Source: the human T2T-CHM13v2.0 reference genome, Homo sapiens. From it: a stretch of DNA of 64,000 nt. The first letter of the stretch is position 1. Each line of letters begins with the position of its first letter. The position numbers were made by a program, and so were the translations under genes. The notes under the pieces were generated by a model. The model was not told the DNA's origin. It searched no databases and saw nothing but the letters and a program-made list of their open reading frames with translations. The stretch is taken from the NCBI RefSeq assembly GCF_009914755.1, contig NC_060938.1. The stretch is one strand, 5' to 3'. Positions 15,662 through 29,268 of the stretch are shown here, piece after piece.

Positions 15662-16974
15662 TATTAAAAGCAGGTGAAAAAGAAAAGATTATTATGCCAA
15701 AGAGATGTTCTCTAACCTGTCCAAACCATTACATCATTAATATTTATTAAACATAGTCTGGTTATTAAATACCACATTAGGAAGAGTGAAGAAATCAACT
15801 AGATATTGAAGACACAAGAAATACTGTCCAAAATTCAAAACTAAAAAATACAAACAAATAAATGAAAAATGAATCATATGAGGTAAGTTTAAATATATTA
15901 TCACAATACAGATATGCACATAGGTAACTTTATTTTACTGAACTGAACTCAGTCTAGCAACATCTTATTGTCTAAACAAATATGAACTTGTCCACATATG
16001 GCAGTATCATCACTTCTAGTATAAACTTAATTTTTCACATTTAGTTAGTGTCTTCCAAGTCAATACTTAGTCTTTCCGTGTTTTTCCTCCTGCCCCTACT
16101 CTTTGCCTTCTCCTGTGGTGGCACCTGGCTGCATGGGAGAGTTTATACATCATCATGGTATTTTGAAGCGAAGCTTCACTTTCACACAAAGCACTTTAGA
16201 TTCAATGATTTTCATTTAAGTGGTTCACCTTGTTTGGCCTAGGAGATATGTAGGCATCTGCTGTTGGCAATATCTATGTTTAAAGTATGACTTCTAGATG
16301 AAAGATCCAGTTACTCTGCAATTGTCTCATCTTAATGCTAAAATGCTTTCAGTCCACTATCTTGCCAACACTTGGTGGCTGTGTTGGAATTTTCGGATGT
16401 TCTCTATACTACAGTGGACTATAGGGATGGAGGTGGGGCATAGGTGGGGGCATGTGGTTCCAGCAGAAGGGCTACCTGAAGCCCTCTCCTGAGTTTTATT
16501 CCAGTGCTAAGACTCCTTGTTATCATCGGTGCTTTTTTTCAGTTATCCTTGTCACAGAATTCCCATTGGGTAGCAGGGCAGAAACCACCTTTGTTTTAAA
16601 ACTCCCAAAACTAATATAAAGACCTTTATTCCCAGCTGTCCAGGTTGTCAGCTCACAGGTAATGGGCAGAAAGTAAGTCCTTTCATTGTCTCATCTCTGA
16701 AACTCTTCAGCCCCCTCCTCCATGACAGTCAAGGGTTTGACTGGTCTTTTAGGGTGGGAATGAAAGCTGTTTTTAAGTTAGATTCCACATAGATCTATAT
16801 TTGCATTATCCTTAATAAACTCTTCACTAAGGATGCCCATATTCTAACTTAATATTTCACTCCAGGATCTTTCGGATTTCAAGGAAGAACTATTTTCTAT
16901 CTCACTGATATGAGTTTGGTTTCAAGCCAATACTCTGCCTTGTACTTTTCTTTGAAGATAAATATAAGGAAATA

Positions 16975-17518
16975 TTTTATTTTTTATTGATACATTATCA
17001 TTGTACATATTTATGAGGTTCAGGTGATATTTTGATACATGTGTACAATGTGTAATGATCAAATCAGGATAACAGATATCCATCACTTCAAACATTTATA
17101 ATTTCTTTGTGTTGGAAATGTTCCAAATTTTCTATCTATTTCAAAATATACAAAAATTATTGTTAATTATAGTCACTCTACTATGCTATCAAACACTAGT
17201 ACCTATTTCTTTTATCTAACTCAAGCTTGTCCAACATGAGGCCTATGGGCTGCATGTGGCCCAGGACAGCTTTATAAACTTTTTTAAAACACTATGAGAT
17301 TTTTTTTTTTGTGATTTTTTTTAGGGCATCAGCAATTGTTAATGTTAGTGTATTTTATGTGTAGCCCAAGACAATTTTTCTTCCAATGTGGCCCAGGAAA
17401 AACAAAATATTGGACACCCCTGAACTAACTGTATTTTTGTACCCATTCATCAACCTCTCTTAATCCTTCCCTGCTCCCCCTACCCTCCCCAGACTCTGGT
17501 AATCACCATTATACTTTC
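16975..17518 (-). mobile_element. L1MA-type 3' end, interrupted by MER30
   Basis: GTACATATTTATG..GTGATATTTTGATACATG..TGTAATGATCAAATCAGG matches an L1MA 3' UTR. Confidence 0.8.
17222..17422 (-). mobile_element. MER30 hAT-Charlie element
   Basis: Termini CAAGCTTGTCCAA ... TTGGACACCCCTG; 8-bp TSD ATCTAACT / AACTAACT (7 of 8). Confidence 0.9.
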
Positions 17519-18394
17519 AGCCATTGTGAAGCTGAACTAACTTTCATTCTTTAGGATGTCTCTGCCCTTCCCCTAAAGCTGTAAAAAGCTTTCATTCAAT
17601 GATCAGAGAGACTTGGGCAATATTAACAATTTTGGAAAGACAGAACATGTTCTAAAATCTCCAATTTTTTTCAGCTACAATAACATGATATCAATTACTA
17701 CAATCTATTAATTCATAAATAAAACTTTTCAACTATATTAGTATAGCTCTTACAAAAACCTACTTAAAATCCTTACTTGAAATGGGCAAATCAATTATGT
17801 GAAAATATCACCAGTATGAAAACACAAAACACATGATTTAAAGGTCAGATTAGTGAGTAATCTGTCACTCTACTATGTAAAAAATAAATCCAAATATATC
17901 TGTAAACAAATCCAATACAAATTATGTTTAAATCATAAAATTGGTTTACGCACAGTATTATACTTTATCCTTGACATATGTAATCATGAGTTTATTGATT
18001 TATGAGAAAAATTAAAATCGCATGAATTTTTCAGTCATTTAGTCAACAATTAGATATTGATGTCTAAGTAATTGAAACTCTTGGTTAGAGGCACATTGTA
18101 TACAAAGCTAAACATACAAAATCTGCTCTATATTTAATTTATGTCAGTTGTAAATTTTGTTACAATAAACATGCTAATAGTATATTTCTGTAAAATGTTT
18201 TATAGACAGAAAACTATTTCAAACACTTCATTTGCTTATGCTGTGAGATATACATGAAATACATATACCTTTTAAAAACTCAACCTTTATAATCTTATAT
18301 CCAAGACAATAATAACATCAACACTGAAACTTTCAGTTTCAGTCAATTTGCTCAAAAGTAGATCAGTTTTGCCCTTTGAAGTACTTGAAAGTTT

Positions 18395-18765
18395 ATTTAT
18401 ATTAACTTAAGAGACACAATGCACTTAGTACAGTTTTGTTACATGGATATATTGCATAGTGGTGATGTCTGGGCTCTTAGTGTAACCATCACCCAAATAA
18501 TGTACATTGTACCTATTAAGTAATTTCTCAACCCCACTTTCCTCACACTTCCCCACCCTTCCGAGTTTCCAATGACTATTATTTCACACTCTATGTATAC
18601 ACATTACTTAGCTCCCAACTTTTAAGTGAGAATATGGATATTTAACTTTCTGAGTTATTTCAGTTAGGATAGTGGCCTCCAGTTCTGCACATCTTTCTGC
18701 AAAAGATATGCTTTTATTCATTTTTTGTGGATGAATAGTATTCCACTGTATATATAAAACAGGTT
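18395..18765 (-). mobile_element. L1PB4-like 3' end
   Basis: TTTTGTTACATGGATATATTGCATAGTGGTGA.GTCTGGGCT.TTAGTGTAACCATCACCC; possible diverged TSD GTACTTGAAAGTTT / GTATTTTAAAATTT. Confidence 0.82.
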
Positions 18766-19165
18766 GTATTTTAAAATTTTCAATATTGCGGTTCGTATTT
18801 TCATTGCCTGTCTTATCTTTCCCTCATCCTTCTTGTAACAGGATGTTCCCCCTTCAACAGGACACATAATGTACCAAAATATAATATTTCCCTGGCAGTG
18901 TAATTTTATTCATTCATTTATACATTCAACATACCATACTTTATTTTTTAATGCTTTTTTAATGCTGTGAGGAGACCTTTTCTGCCTTAATTACATATTC
19001 CAACAAATTCAGCCTTTAAGGTTCCATCTGCATGGCTTTCCAAAAGCTATGTATGTTGGAGCTAATTGAAAGTACAAATAATAGTGAAAAACCTCTAAGA
19101 AATATAAGAATATTTCATTCATCAGTGGAAGCAGCACTGAATTAATATGTTATTTAGAAAGAGAC

Positions 19166-19545
19166 TGTGGCAGCCATGAGGCTGTACCTTGCAGACCTCC
19201 AACTACAGGGAGCATAACTGGCCTAGGCCATGAGAGGCTGCTCTGAGATTACGGCTGTGTTTGTGCAGAGACCACGCTTCTATGTGCTGCTCCCAGCCAA
19301 TTACTAAGCTCCATAGGATACTGAGCAGGCCATTTCCTGGGAGACATATGGCTCCTTAGGCTAAAGAATGCTTAAGGCCTTGTCAGACATGCCTCAGTCT
19401 AGGACTTTTCCATCAAAACTCTCTTCTTCCCTTATCCCTTTATGTTGTGTTAGATTTGCGTAGCGATCTGATGGCTATCCCAGTCTTCCCAATTTATTTC
19501 TCCTTTTCTCTTGGTTTTTGCTTCTCTGAGGACCTGGACTAACAT
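19166..19545 (+). mobile_element. LTR16A-like ERVL solo LTR
   Basis: TGTGGCAGCCATG start, GCTGCTCCCAGCCAAT core, TGCTTCTCTGAGGACCTGGACTAACA end. Confidence 0.78.
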
Positions 19546-19795
19546 AAAGCTAAATAAAGACCTGTGTCAACAGTAACAGGGAAACAGCCAACAAAGAAAG
19601 AATTAAGAACTCTATTGAGGGAGGAGGCAATTTGAGGAGGGTAAATTGCAGTCTAAATTATTTTCGTTATGACATTTCTTTGTTTCTTAAACCCATGTTG
19701 TAGTCTTCCTCCAGGGTGGTATTGCGTGATAAACTAAGCTTTAGATGAATATTTCAATTTAAGTGCCTAAGCAAAAAATTTAAACCGATTACCAC

Positions 19796-20283
19796 TGTTT
19801 GGAGGGAGGTCCACCATAGACCCTGAGTGTTTTTGCACATTTTGCTTACTGTGCTCACCCTCAAGACATTCTTCTCTTAATTATAAGTAGTTCGGTAATT
19901 AGCCACATAGGCAACTATGTAGCTCAAGCCCACAAGGGAATGATGACCATGTAAAGTCTTGCTCCCTGGAGGGAGGAAGACTGGCTTGTTTGCTGCTTGC
20001 TACCAAGTTTGCTGCTAACTCAGAAAGTACTGGGCCCTTGGCCCTGGGATCGTCTCCTGTAAGACAAACCCCTTCCTATGCAGGCATAATCTGTCCCTCC
20101 ATATTGCCCAGTGCAATTAGGGGTCAGAGAATAAGCATAAACTTTCTGACACACTGGTTACTGCTTTTTCTGTGGCTATTAATGCCTTTTGTCTCTGCTT
20201 CAGTAATCTCATGTCTTCTTCCACTGTCTAAATTGTTAGTTTGCAAGTAGAGTAAAATTGCATACTCTTCTCAGTTGGCGACA
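19796..20283 (+). mobile_element. LTR40-like ERVL solo LTR
   Basis: TCTCCTGTAA..CAAACCC, TTTGTCTCTG..TCTCATGTCTTCT and TTGTTAGTTTGCAAGTAGAGTAAAAT..CAGTT..GACA match the LTR40 3' part. Confidence 0.72.
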
Positions 20284-21514
20284 CTCACTATTTCTTTTTT
20301 CTCAAAACTGCTTCTCTTCTATGTTCTGTTTTTAGTGAATGAAGCTATTAGTCATGCTACAAATAAGAAAATTTCTCAGATATCTAAGAATACCAATGGT
20401 GGTCCAGTATGACATATAAAAAAATAAATTTTCTTAAACATTCTTTTTCTGTAAGCAGAAAACAGTTTTAATTAACCCAATGTAACTGGCCACTATTAAC
20501 AAATGACTTATCCTATAGTATTTAATGAGGCATCATTTATGTTTAAGTTACGTCGAAAAGAATAGTAATCATTCATTTAAAAAATATAGTGATATAGTAT
20601 AACATCAGTTAATGAGTTGCTTTTTCACTCCAATGGTTTCATTTTAATCCTGCAATTTACTTCAGTTAAGCATTTGGGCCAAAATATCATTTAAAGGGTG
20701 GATAAACTCATTAAACTGTTCAGCTATTGAGCATGTTCTTATTTGAGCATAGGATCCTGGTTATGTGTGCTTAAAGTCCTATGCAATGTCTTCACAAAAC
20801 TAAGTGCACTATACAATCATATTTTTCCTACTGGCATTTTGCCTATCTCGGTTAAGTATCCAAGTGTCCAGATGTTTTAAGAAATTCTCAGATAACTAGA
20901 GATTACATAAAATATATCTTGGCCAAATGAAATATTAACGTTTCTGCCAAAAGCTAAAGAACATTTGTTAATGGCTTCACAAAAGAACATAACTCTGGAC
21001 CGGAAAAAAAAAATCTGAAATGTAGAATTTTAATTTTTCTAATATGTAGTTATATAAAGATATTAAACCAAAACTTCAGTATTTAACGTCTGAGGGTTTT
21101 TAAAACATGTAAATATAAGATTTACATTAATTTAACTTTTGGTTTAAACATACTATGAGATACCCAAAGCCTCATGTGGCCAGGTCAGAGAAAGTGTAGC
21201 AAATGCCTGAATAGGAAAGCAAGGATGAGATGAGAGAAGCCACACTGATGTGAACCACCTAAAGCCCACAGAGCAGCCGAGGAGCAAATTGCTCTCCTCT
21301 GCTGCCATGAAAATATGTAAGATAATTCTTGTAAGCAGATGCTAACAAGGTAATAGTTAAGGAGTAACAAGAAGAAGAAATTAAGCTTCCATGGATCTCA
21401 GTACATAATTTTAAGTTATTTATACTTTTAAATACAAAAGTATTTGTTATCATTAGCATAATTATTTCACAGCATTCTTGCTTTTGTTAATTATATCGTA
21501 AGTATATTTCTGTA

Positions 21515-21651
21515 TAGAGAACCATATGCTCCAGTTTGTGCAGGACAGTCCTGGTTATGTGTGTTGTCTCAGCATAAATAACTAATTAACAGACCCCGTT
21601 TTCTGTGCAAAGTATCCCAGTTTGGCCTATATATTACATAATCAACATCCT
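21515..21651. mobile_element. MER94-like hAT-Blackjack element
   Basis: ACCATATG..CCAGTTTG..CAGGACAGTCCTGGTT..TGTTGTC..AAAGT.TCCCAGTTTGG pattern. Confidence 0.65.
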
Positions 21652-23048
21652 TATTATATTTTCTTTGTATTGTGCTTTATATTGCTCATACAGATTACAC
21701 TTTGATAAGTTATATGTAATACATATTACTTTTTGGCTTAGGTTTTATTTGAGGATAACAATATTTAATGTTTAATGCGTGATGAATATATTGCACATAC
21801 CACACTGGGCCTTGTAAATAAGACACAATTATTTTGTTACAGGTTCAGTTATAATTTTACTTAAAGCCATTCCCCATACAGTCTTTGAGTTAAGCCTATT
21901 GATAGTTCTACGCACAGGAGAATTGGAACATAATCACTACAAGTAGTAAAGTAGTCTCCTGAAGATGAAACAAAGAGTTCTAATCCATTATACACTGACC
22001 GACTTGTAGTCCCATTCATCTAATAGTTATCCGGGAGCATTTCTATAGCTGGAGGAGAAAACATCAAGCTAGTTGCAATAGACTTTATTTTTGGCAATGC
22101 TTAAACTTCAGGTATTCACCTATGCTCCCATAAGTTGATTCCTCTGCCTGGCTATTTCCCATTTCAGTGAATAACAATAAACAAATTCCATTACACAGAA
22201 GTATTTTATTTTATGGTAATTGGAACAAAATGAACAAAGTATTTTAATAACTTGAAGATTTTCATTACATCAAAGCTCAGTAATTGTTTCTCAAAATGAT
22301 TCTCTTGGCTAATATAAACATCTAAAATTGAAAGCAAAAAAGAGACAGCCTTAACTATCCATGTAGTTTGGCATCTGTGGTAATGCCATTTGCCAGGAGT
22401 TTTTCAAGAGAATATAATGGATATTGTCACATGGAACCAAATTGTGTCAACTGCAGTGTTCCTGATAATTAAAAAGATTGGTCACAGGTGTAAATTGGAG
22501 TACACAAGAAAAACAGTAAAAATCAGGTTTTTAGTCATTAAAGCAGTGGGACAAAGGATAAAACATTACAGAGGAAAAACAGCTGCATGCCTGCTTCATG
22601 CTTTATGAGCATCATGAGTATATTTGATGCTCAATTAAATCATTATAATAATAATTTAGGGTGCCACCTTCAAGAAAGAATATCTTAACTTTAATTATCT
22701 GTCCAGGAGTTGCTATTCTGTTTTGCATAGATATGAGCAATAATGTTTAATCATAGTACAATAAACCAAATTTTAAAGCTGCCTAAAAGATATTTTCTAA
22801 AATAAATAAAACTGTAAATCATGCACTGCAATGTTTATCTACCTTTGTTTTTATAGGAAGCTCTGACATTGATTTTATATGTTTACATATGAATAAAGTA
22901 AAATTAACTTGGGGTAAATAATGAATAGAAGCTGCTCACCAAATAAAAGTTTTCATTTAATTAAAAAATAAATTCAAAGAGTGTATTCATGAATTATGTT
23001 AATAGTATTAACTTTTACATTTTATTACAGGTTGGGGTGATTTACAGC

Positions 23049-23403
23049 TTATATGGTTTGACAGTGTCCCCACCCAAATCTCAACTTGAATTCTATCTCC
23101 CAGAATTCCCATGTGTTGTGGGAGGGACCCAAGGAGTGGTAATTGAATCATGGGGGCCAGTCTTTCCCATGCTATTCTTATGATAGTGAATAAGTCTCAC
23201 GAGATATGATGGGTTTATCAGGGGTTTCCACTTTTGCTTCTTCCTCATTTTTCTCTTGCCACTGCCATGTAAGAAGTGCCTTTCACCTCCTGCCATAATT
23301 CTGAGGCCTCCCCAGCCATGTGGAACAGTAAGTCCAATTAAACCTCTTTTCATTTCCAGTTTCAGGTATGTCTTTATCAGCAGCATGAAAACCAACTAAT
23401 ACA
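23049..23403 (+). mobile_element. THE1A solo LTR
   Basis: CCCACCCAAATCTCAACTTGAATT.TATCTCCCAGAATTCCC and GGGTTTATCAGGGGTTTCC diagnostics; ends CTAATACA; perfect TSD ACAGC (23044-23048 / 23404-23408). Confidence 0.93.
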
Positions 23404-23504
23404 ACAGCTTATTTCACATTTCTCCCTAAATTAAATGTTTTCCTTTCTGTAGGCCTTCACCATATAATATGGTTTTGTAAACAATACAAAATGGTTTTGT
23501 AACC

Positions 23505-23657
23505 ATGATTGAGTTTCTGAATCTCTCTGAAATCCGGTTTTCATTTATAAAATGCAGATAGTAATGATCTGCTTATCAGGACAAATTTGAGTATTTAAAT
23601 TGGTTAATAAATGTAAAATTCCTAGAGTAATGCTTAACACATAGTAAGAAATCAATA
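23505..23657 (+). mobile_element. MIR fragment
   Basis: TCTCTGAA..GTTTTCATTTATAAAATG..GATAGTAAT..AACACATAGTAAG pattern. Confidence 0.55.
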
Positions 23658-23658
23658 C

Positions 23659-23996
23659 ATAGTCAGCCCCTTCTTATCCCAGGGTTCCATGTCCATGTAT
23701 TCTAAAAATCATGGATCAAAAATTTTCCAGAAAAAATATAAATAACAATTGAATAAAATATAATGCAAATAAAATATACACTGTAACAACTATTTATATA
23801 CATTATGTACACTAGCTTTTACATTGTATTAGGATTCTAAGTAATCTAGAGATGATTTAAAGTATGAGGGAGGATGTGCGTAAGTTATGTTCAAATACTG
23901 CTCAATTTCATATAAGTGACTTGAGGATACACAGACTTTGATATCTGCAGATAGGTACTGGAACAAATCTCCCACCAATATCAGTGGACAAATGTA
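23659..23996. mobile_element. MER2-type Tigger non-autonomous element
   Basis: TTTACATTGTATTAGG..TAAGTAATCTAGAGATGATTTAAAGTAT..GGGAGGATGTGCGTA core with degenerate TIRs. Confidence 0.82.
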
Positions 23997-25049
23997 TGTC
24001 GTTGTAGTTTTGAAGATAAAACCAAGATTTAAAAAGGCAAAATTAATTGTCCAGCATGCATACTAATACAAGATAGTCTAAAAGCAATATTCAATTTAAA
24101 GTTCATATCTTATAGATTGATTTTGCTAAAATTGATTTTATGGTGTTGAGTCTTTTCTTGTTCAATGTTTCCTAAAGGTTTTCTAAATGACTCATTTGCA
24201 AAGGGCTTCTATCAGCAAAAAAGATAATTTTAACTAATACAGAAAACAGAGTAACATATGAAAAACAATAAAAAGCCTGTTACCTTTAGTTATTGGGCTT
24301 TATATCTGACTTGATAGTTAACGTCATAGTGCTTTGGACACTATTGTCATGAAAAGAGGAAACCCAGGATTCAGAAGTTTTAAGCAGTTTGCACAAAGTC
24401 TTCTTGATAGTGTAAACTTGAATCTAGATACTGATATCAATATTTGTGTTTTTCCCACTTAAATACAGAGTTTGCGCTTAGCCAATAACACACCCCTGCC
24501 AATATTTCAATAAAAAGGTACACAAGCAGACATAACAAGCGCACACACAAACGTTCATATTAAAATGCACAAATGCTCCCATCCCACCCCCAACACACAT
24601 CAGCATTTATGGGGTTGGACTTTTATACATTTGAGTCCTGAACCACCTATTACTTCCCTTTATTGCTAGTGTGGTAGCTAACGCCCAAACTGGTGATCAA
24701 ATCAGCACTGAAAGTAGACTCCCGGTGATTATAAAAATTCACCTTTAAAACAACTACTTATGGCTTCCATTTTATGAGGAAGATCAAACAGAGATCAATG
24801 ATAAGACCTCATTCTCATGACATAGATAAGGGCTTATTTTTTCTTTATTCAAAATGAGAGCTCTTACTTCATCCACGACTATTTAATTCTGTACATTACA
24901 GACCATCCTACACCAATATATTAAATCATGTCTTTGAAAATTAAAACAAAATTATTCATTGCTATTAGATTATCTAACTCTCCATCATAAAACTTGGTCC
25001 CTACTATGCTCTCTATTTGCTTATACTGAAGTAGTTCAACATGTGTATT

Positions 25050-26070
25050 TGTTTAGATGTCTGTCTCTCGCTTCTAGGTAGTAATCTCCTTGGCTTTGTG
25101 TACTTTGTGATCTGCCTGGCTTTGTATATCCTGCATGCAGTATAGGGTGTGGTGCACAAATGTGTTTGGAGAAAGGAATAAATGCATGAAAATACAGATA
25201 TGGCCAAAGCGAATGTTCAGAAAAACTTTCTTGAAGACATCACATAACTAACCTTTAGTTTCTTCATATGTAAAAAAAGATAGCAAGAATACTAGTCTCA
25301 GATGATAGCTGTACAGAAAAAAAGGTAGTGTAGATATTAATACTTTAGTAAAATGAACATTATAAAAACATGAATTGTTATTTTTACGTCTACTTTATTT
25401 TAACCTTTTGATGGAGAGTTCTTGCATCCTCTGAAATACATCCCTACTTGATTCCACTTTTAATTCTGCTTCTTTTAGTTTCCACTGCCTTCCACTCCAA
25501 CTCTCAAGCCATGGCGTTATTGTCCACATGCACTATTGTCCCCCATATCTGTTATTTAAAGGCTACTCAGAATATTCTTCTTAAAACATACACTGATTCA
25601 TCATTAGCATGACCCAAATATTTTAGCATTTCATTTCACTTAGAGCAAAATCCTAAATATGTATTAAGATATAATAAATATATCCTCTGTGTACACCTCC
25701 TGTCATTTTCCCCTCTCCAGTCTGTTTCTGATATATGGACTCTCTTTCATTGCCTTAAACTCAATAACAAATGTCTACATTCAGTGTTGTCCCTCTGCCT
25801 CACATCTTCTTCCTATCATGACTAGTTATTTTTCTGGTCTACATTTAAAGGTACTTCCTCAAATAGTCCTTCCTTTGACTTAGCTGTTTTGGTTATGCCA
25901 TCTCATCATGCTCTATAATTATCCTTCATAGAATATTGCTTTCAGTATTTTTTTTTGTTTTTATCCAATTAATGTCTAACTCTCCTCACTAACTAAATGA
26001 GGGGAAGGGTAATGACTATTTTGATAAAGCAGAGTGGCTGACATTAGTAGGCCTTTTAGAGCTTTTCTAA
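25050..26070 (+). mobile_element. Degenerate L2 and MIR fragments
   Basis: L2-like 3' end at 25050-25190, MIR-like core at 25240-25385, pyrimidine-rich L2 ORF2/3' segment at 25440-26070. Confidence 0.4.
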
Positions 26071-26243
26071 AGGATATTGTCAGGTCTTATACAAGTATAT
26101 AAGAATTAGAAAAATGTGCTAACTGGTGGTGCTTAGACCCAAAACAATTTTGTATAGTCATGTGTTATCCATATATTGCTTAACATAACTAGAATAAATT
26201 ATTGTTTTTTCAAATGAATTCATCTATATGAATATATATCTCA

Positions 26244-26592
<349 letters not shown>

Positions 26593-26808
26593 TAAAATAA
26601 ATGTAATTCTCTTTATATTTTCCCAACCAAAATAAAAGTGAAGATCAGTATTTAACTCTCTACAGGGAATTACCATTTTAACTACATATCTAACAAATTT
26701 AACATATCTTCTTTGGATAATCAGAAAAAATTTAGGATTTTAATATTTGTTAATGCAATTAACTAATCAACTGATATATTTTAATGTGTGACATTTTATT
26801 TTAATTAT

Positions 26809-27230
26809 TGTTTTAGTTAGAATAATGAAAGTGGGTTTAAGTTAACCTCAAATGTAAGTGGCTCCAAAATTTAGAACTTTTTTTTCATTCACCAAGCAAT
26901 TCATCACAGCTGTTAGTCTGCAGGTAGCTTTTATCACATGGTAATTAAGGAATCCAAGCTCTTTTCATCTTGTGGCTTCTCTCCACTATGTTTAGAGTCT
27001 CAGTTAGCTAGAGGGGAGGAAAGCAAAAATTGCTAAAGCACACTAGCTTATTAACTACTTTGGTAAAGGAATGACACATGACTTGTTCATATTCCATTCA
27101 TGGGAACTATCCACATGGCCCAGCTAGATGCAAGGGCATCTGGGAAATGTAGTCCAAGTTTGTGTAGCTGCTTTACAACGTCAATTCTACACTGTAAAAA
27201 GTAAAACAAATGTGTAACTGCCGGCTAGCT
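26809..27230 (-). mobile_element. Old MLT1 (K/L-like) MaLR LTR
   Basis: CACATGGCCC..GATGCAAGGG..CTGGGAAATGTAGTC and TTCATCTTGTGGCT motifs. Confidence 0.62.
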
Positions 27231-28029
27231 TTCCCTGGATGAATCGTATAAATATAGAAATAGTATTGATGCACATACATAATCTACAAAATATACATAG
27301 TACAATTGGATATGAAGTATTCTGGTTTTGTTTTTCTCATTAATATTTTAAGTGATAGAATTTGAATTAGGTATTAAAATTCAAAAAGCTGACAAATGAT
27401 TTTGTATTATAAATTTATCATTATTTTACTATTCTGACTTCAGAAAACTTTCCAACATTCTCAATTTTACTAACCTAAAACATGATTTTATTGAAGACCA
27501 TATTAAGATTCAACATTGCAGCTTTATAATGAAGTGTATAATACTTTGGAAGAAAAATACTTTGTTTAATCATATTTAAGCATACCCTACTAGGAAAACT
27601 AGCTTTAGAGAAACTTCTATAAAAGTTAACATTAAATTAATAACCTCTAATTTACCAGATACACATTCATTAGCATTCATCACTTTTTAAAAATGAAACC
27701 GTATTTTATATTGTTTCATCTCTCTTGAAGTATTAAATAAAATGACTAACTCATGAAATAGAAACTTTTTATTTATGCCAGTGAACCTGATCTACAAGAT
27801 AATGCAAAGATTTACAAAATACTAAGATTTCCATTTCAATGATTTAACCTGTTACAAAATGATAATAAGAATTTTATTTCAAAATTATTTAGCTTACTAC
27901 TACATATAACTATAAATAAATGGAATTGTAGTGGTCATGTTATTTTTAGAGCACATGATCTTACTAAGAATATTTATTTAAAACATTTGATATACCTAGA
28001 AATTAATAACTATTTTCTTATTTTTATAA

Positions 28030-28301
28030 TTCCCACTTGCAATCTCCTCTGCCTCCATTTGCATATGATGTTCTCCCCTTGAGTTTATGTGTCTCTATAT
28101 CTCTCCTCTTCTTAAAAAGGAACTAGTCATATTGGAGGGTCCATCATATTCCAGTATGAACTTATCTTAACAAATTGCATATGCAATGACCCTATTTTAA
28201 AATAAGTCACATTCTGAGGTATTGGGAGTTAGGACTTCAACATGTTTTTTTGGCGGGGGTTGGGGGGACGGTGGTGGAGAGACACATTTCAACCCATTAT
28301 A
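28030..28301 (-). mobile_element. MLT1B/C-like LTR fragment
   Basis: TGCAATGACCCTATTT..AAATAAGTCACATTCTGAGGTATTGGGAGTTAGGACTTCAACAT..TTCAACCCAT. Confidence 0.75.
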
Positions 28302-28489
28302 ATCCCCAGCAAATTTACTGTGAATCAGGAGAGCTAAGAGAAGGTTTTACAGGATTTCTGCACTAGGATGCCCACAAAGGTTTCTTAATTCAACCCATTA
28401 TAATCCCCCCAAAATTTACTGTGAATCAGAAGAGCCAAGAGAAGGTTTTACATGATTTCTGCACTAGGATGCCCACAAAGATTTTTTCT
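28288..28489. repeat. 101-bp tandem duplication (2 copies)
   Basis: TTCAACCCATTATAATCCCC...GCACTAGGATGCCCACAAAG at 28288 and again at 28389, with a handful of substitutions. Confidence 0.95.
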
Positions 28490-29268
28490 GACTTTAGGCA
28501 AACAGAATATTAACCCCCCAAAAAGAAAATAAAGGTTATATTTCTGTTATTTTTCCTATTTATTCACTCGGAGAGTTAAGAGATAAATAAAGATAAAATG
28601 TTTCCATTACATGATTTGGGAATAGGTTTGACTGCAGTTCCTTGACAATGACATAAAAACATATAAGACATTTTCCAATATACTGGTAAGAAAAGTGCAA
28701 TGGTAGAGTAGATTTTTTATTTGACAACAGCTTTGGTTAGGTTGAGGAAGATGGCAGCACATGTGAGGTTAGTAGAAAAAAGCCTGATAGTAAGTTGGTA
28801 TACTCTGGAAATGGGAGGACATATCTTGATAATGACCTAGGTTAGATAATGGAGAAAAAGCTGACAAAAATCACTTACGTATAGAATTATTGTTATGTGA
28901 ATAGTGAAAATACAAAATTCCCTGACCACGTGAAGATAAAAGTGTATTTTTGTGTGGGATTTTCAAGGCTAGAACTTTAATGGTAATTAATTTATTTAAG
29001 TTGGAAATTTTCTAGATGTTAAAGAAAAGGATCTTCTCTATTAAAGTTTAGAGAATTTGTTCACCACTAGAATTTGTGCTACAAGTAGAACACAGCACTT
29101 ACATATAACATCATTTGTAAATGCCCTTCTCTTCTCCAATAGCTTTTTGTCCCACTTTACATTCCTTATTATATATACATATGACGTATATATATATATA
29201 TAATGCAGAACAATGATTAATGTATTCTAATAATTGACTAAAAGTAGTTGGCAAGAGTCAGACTATTA

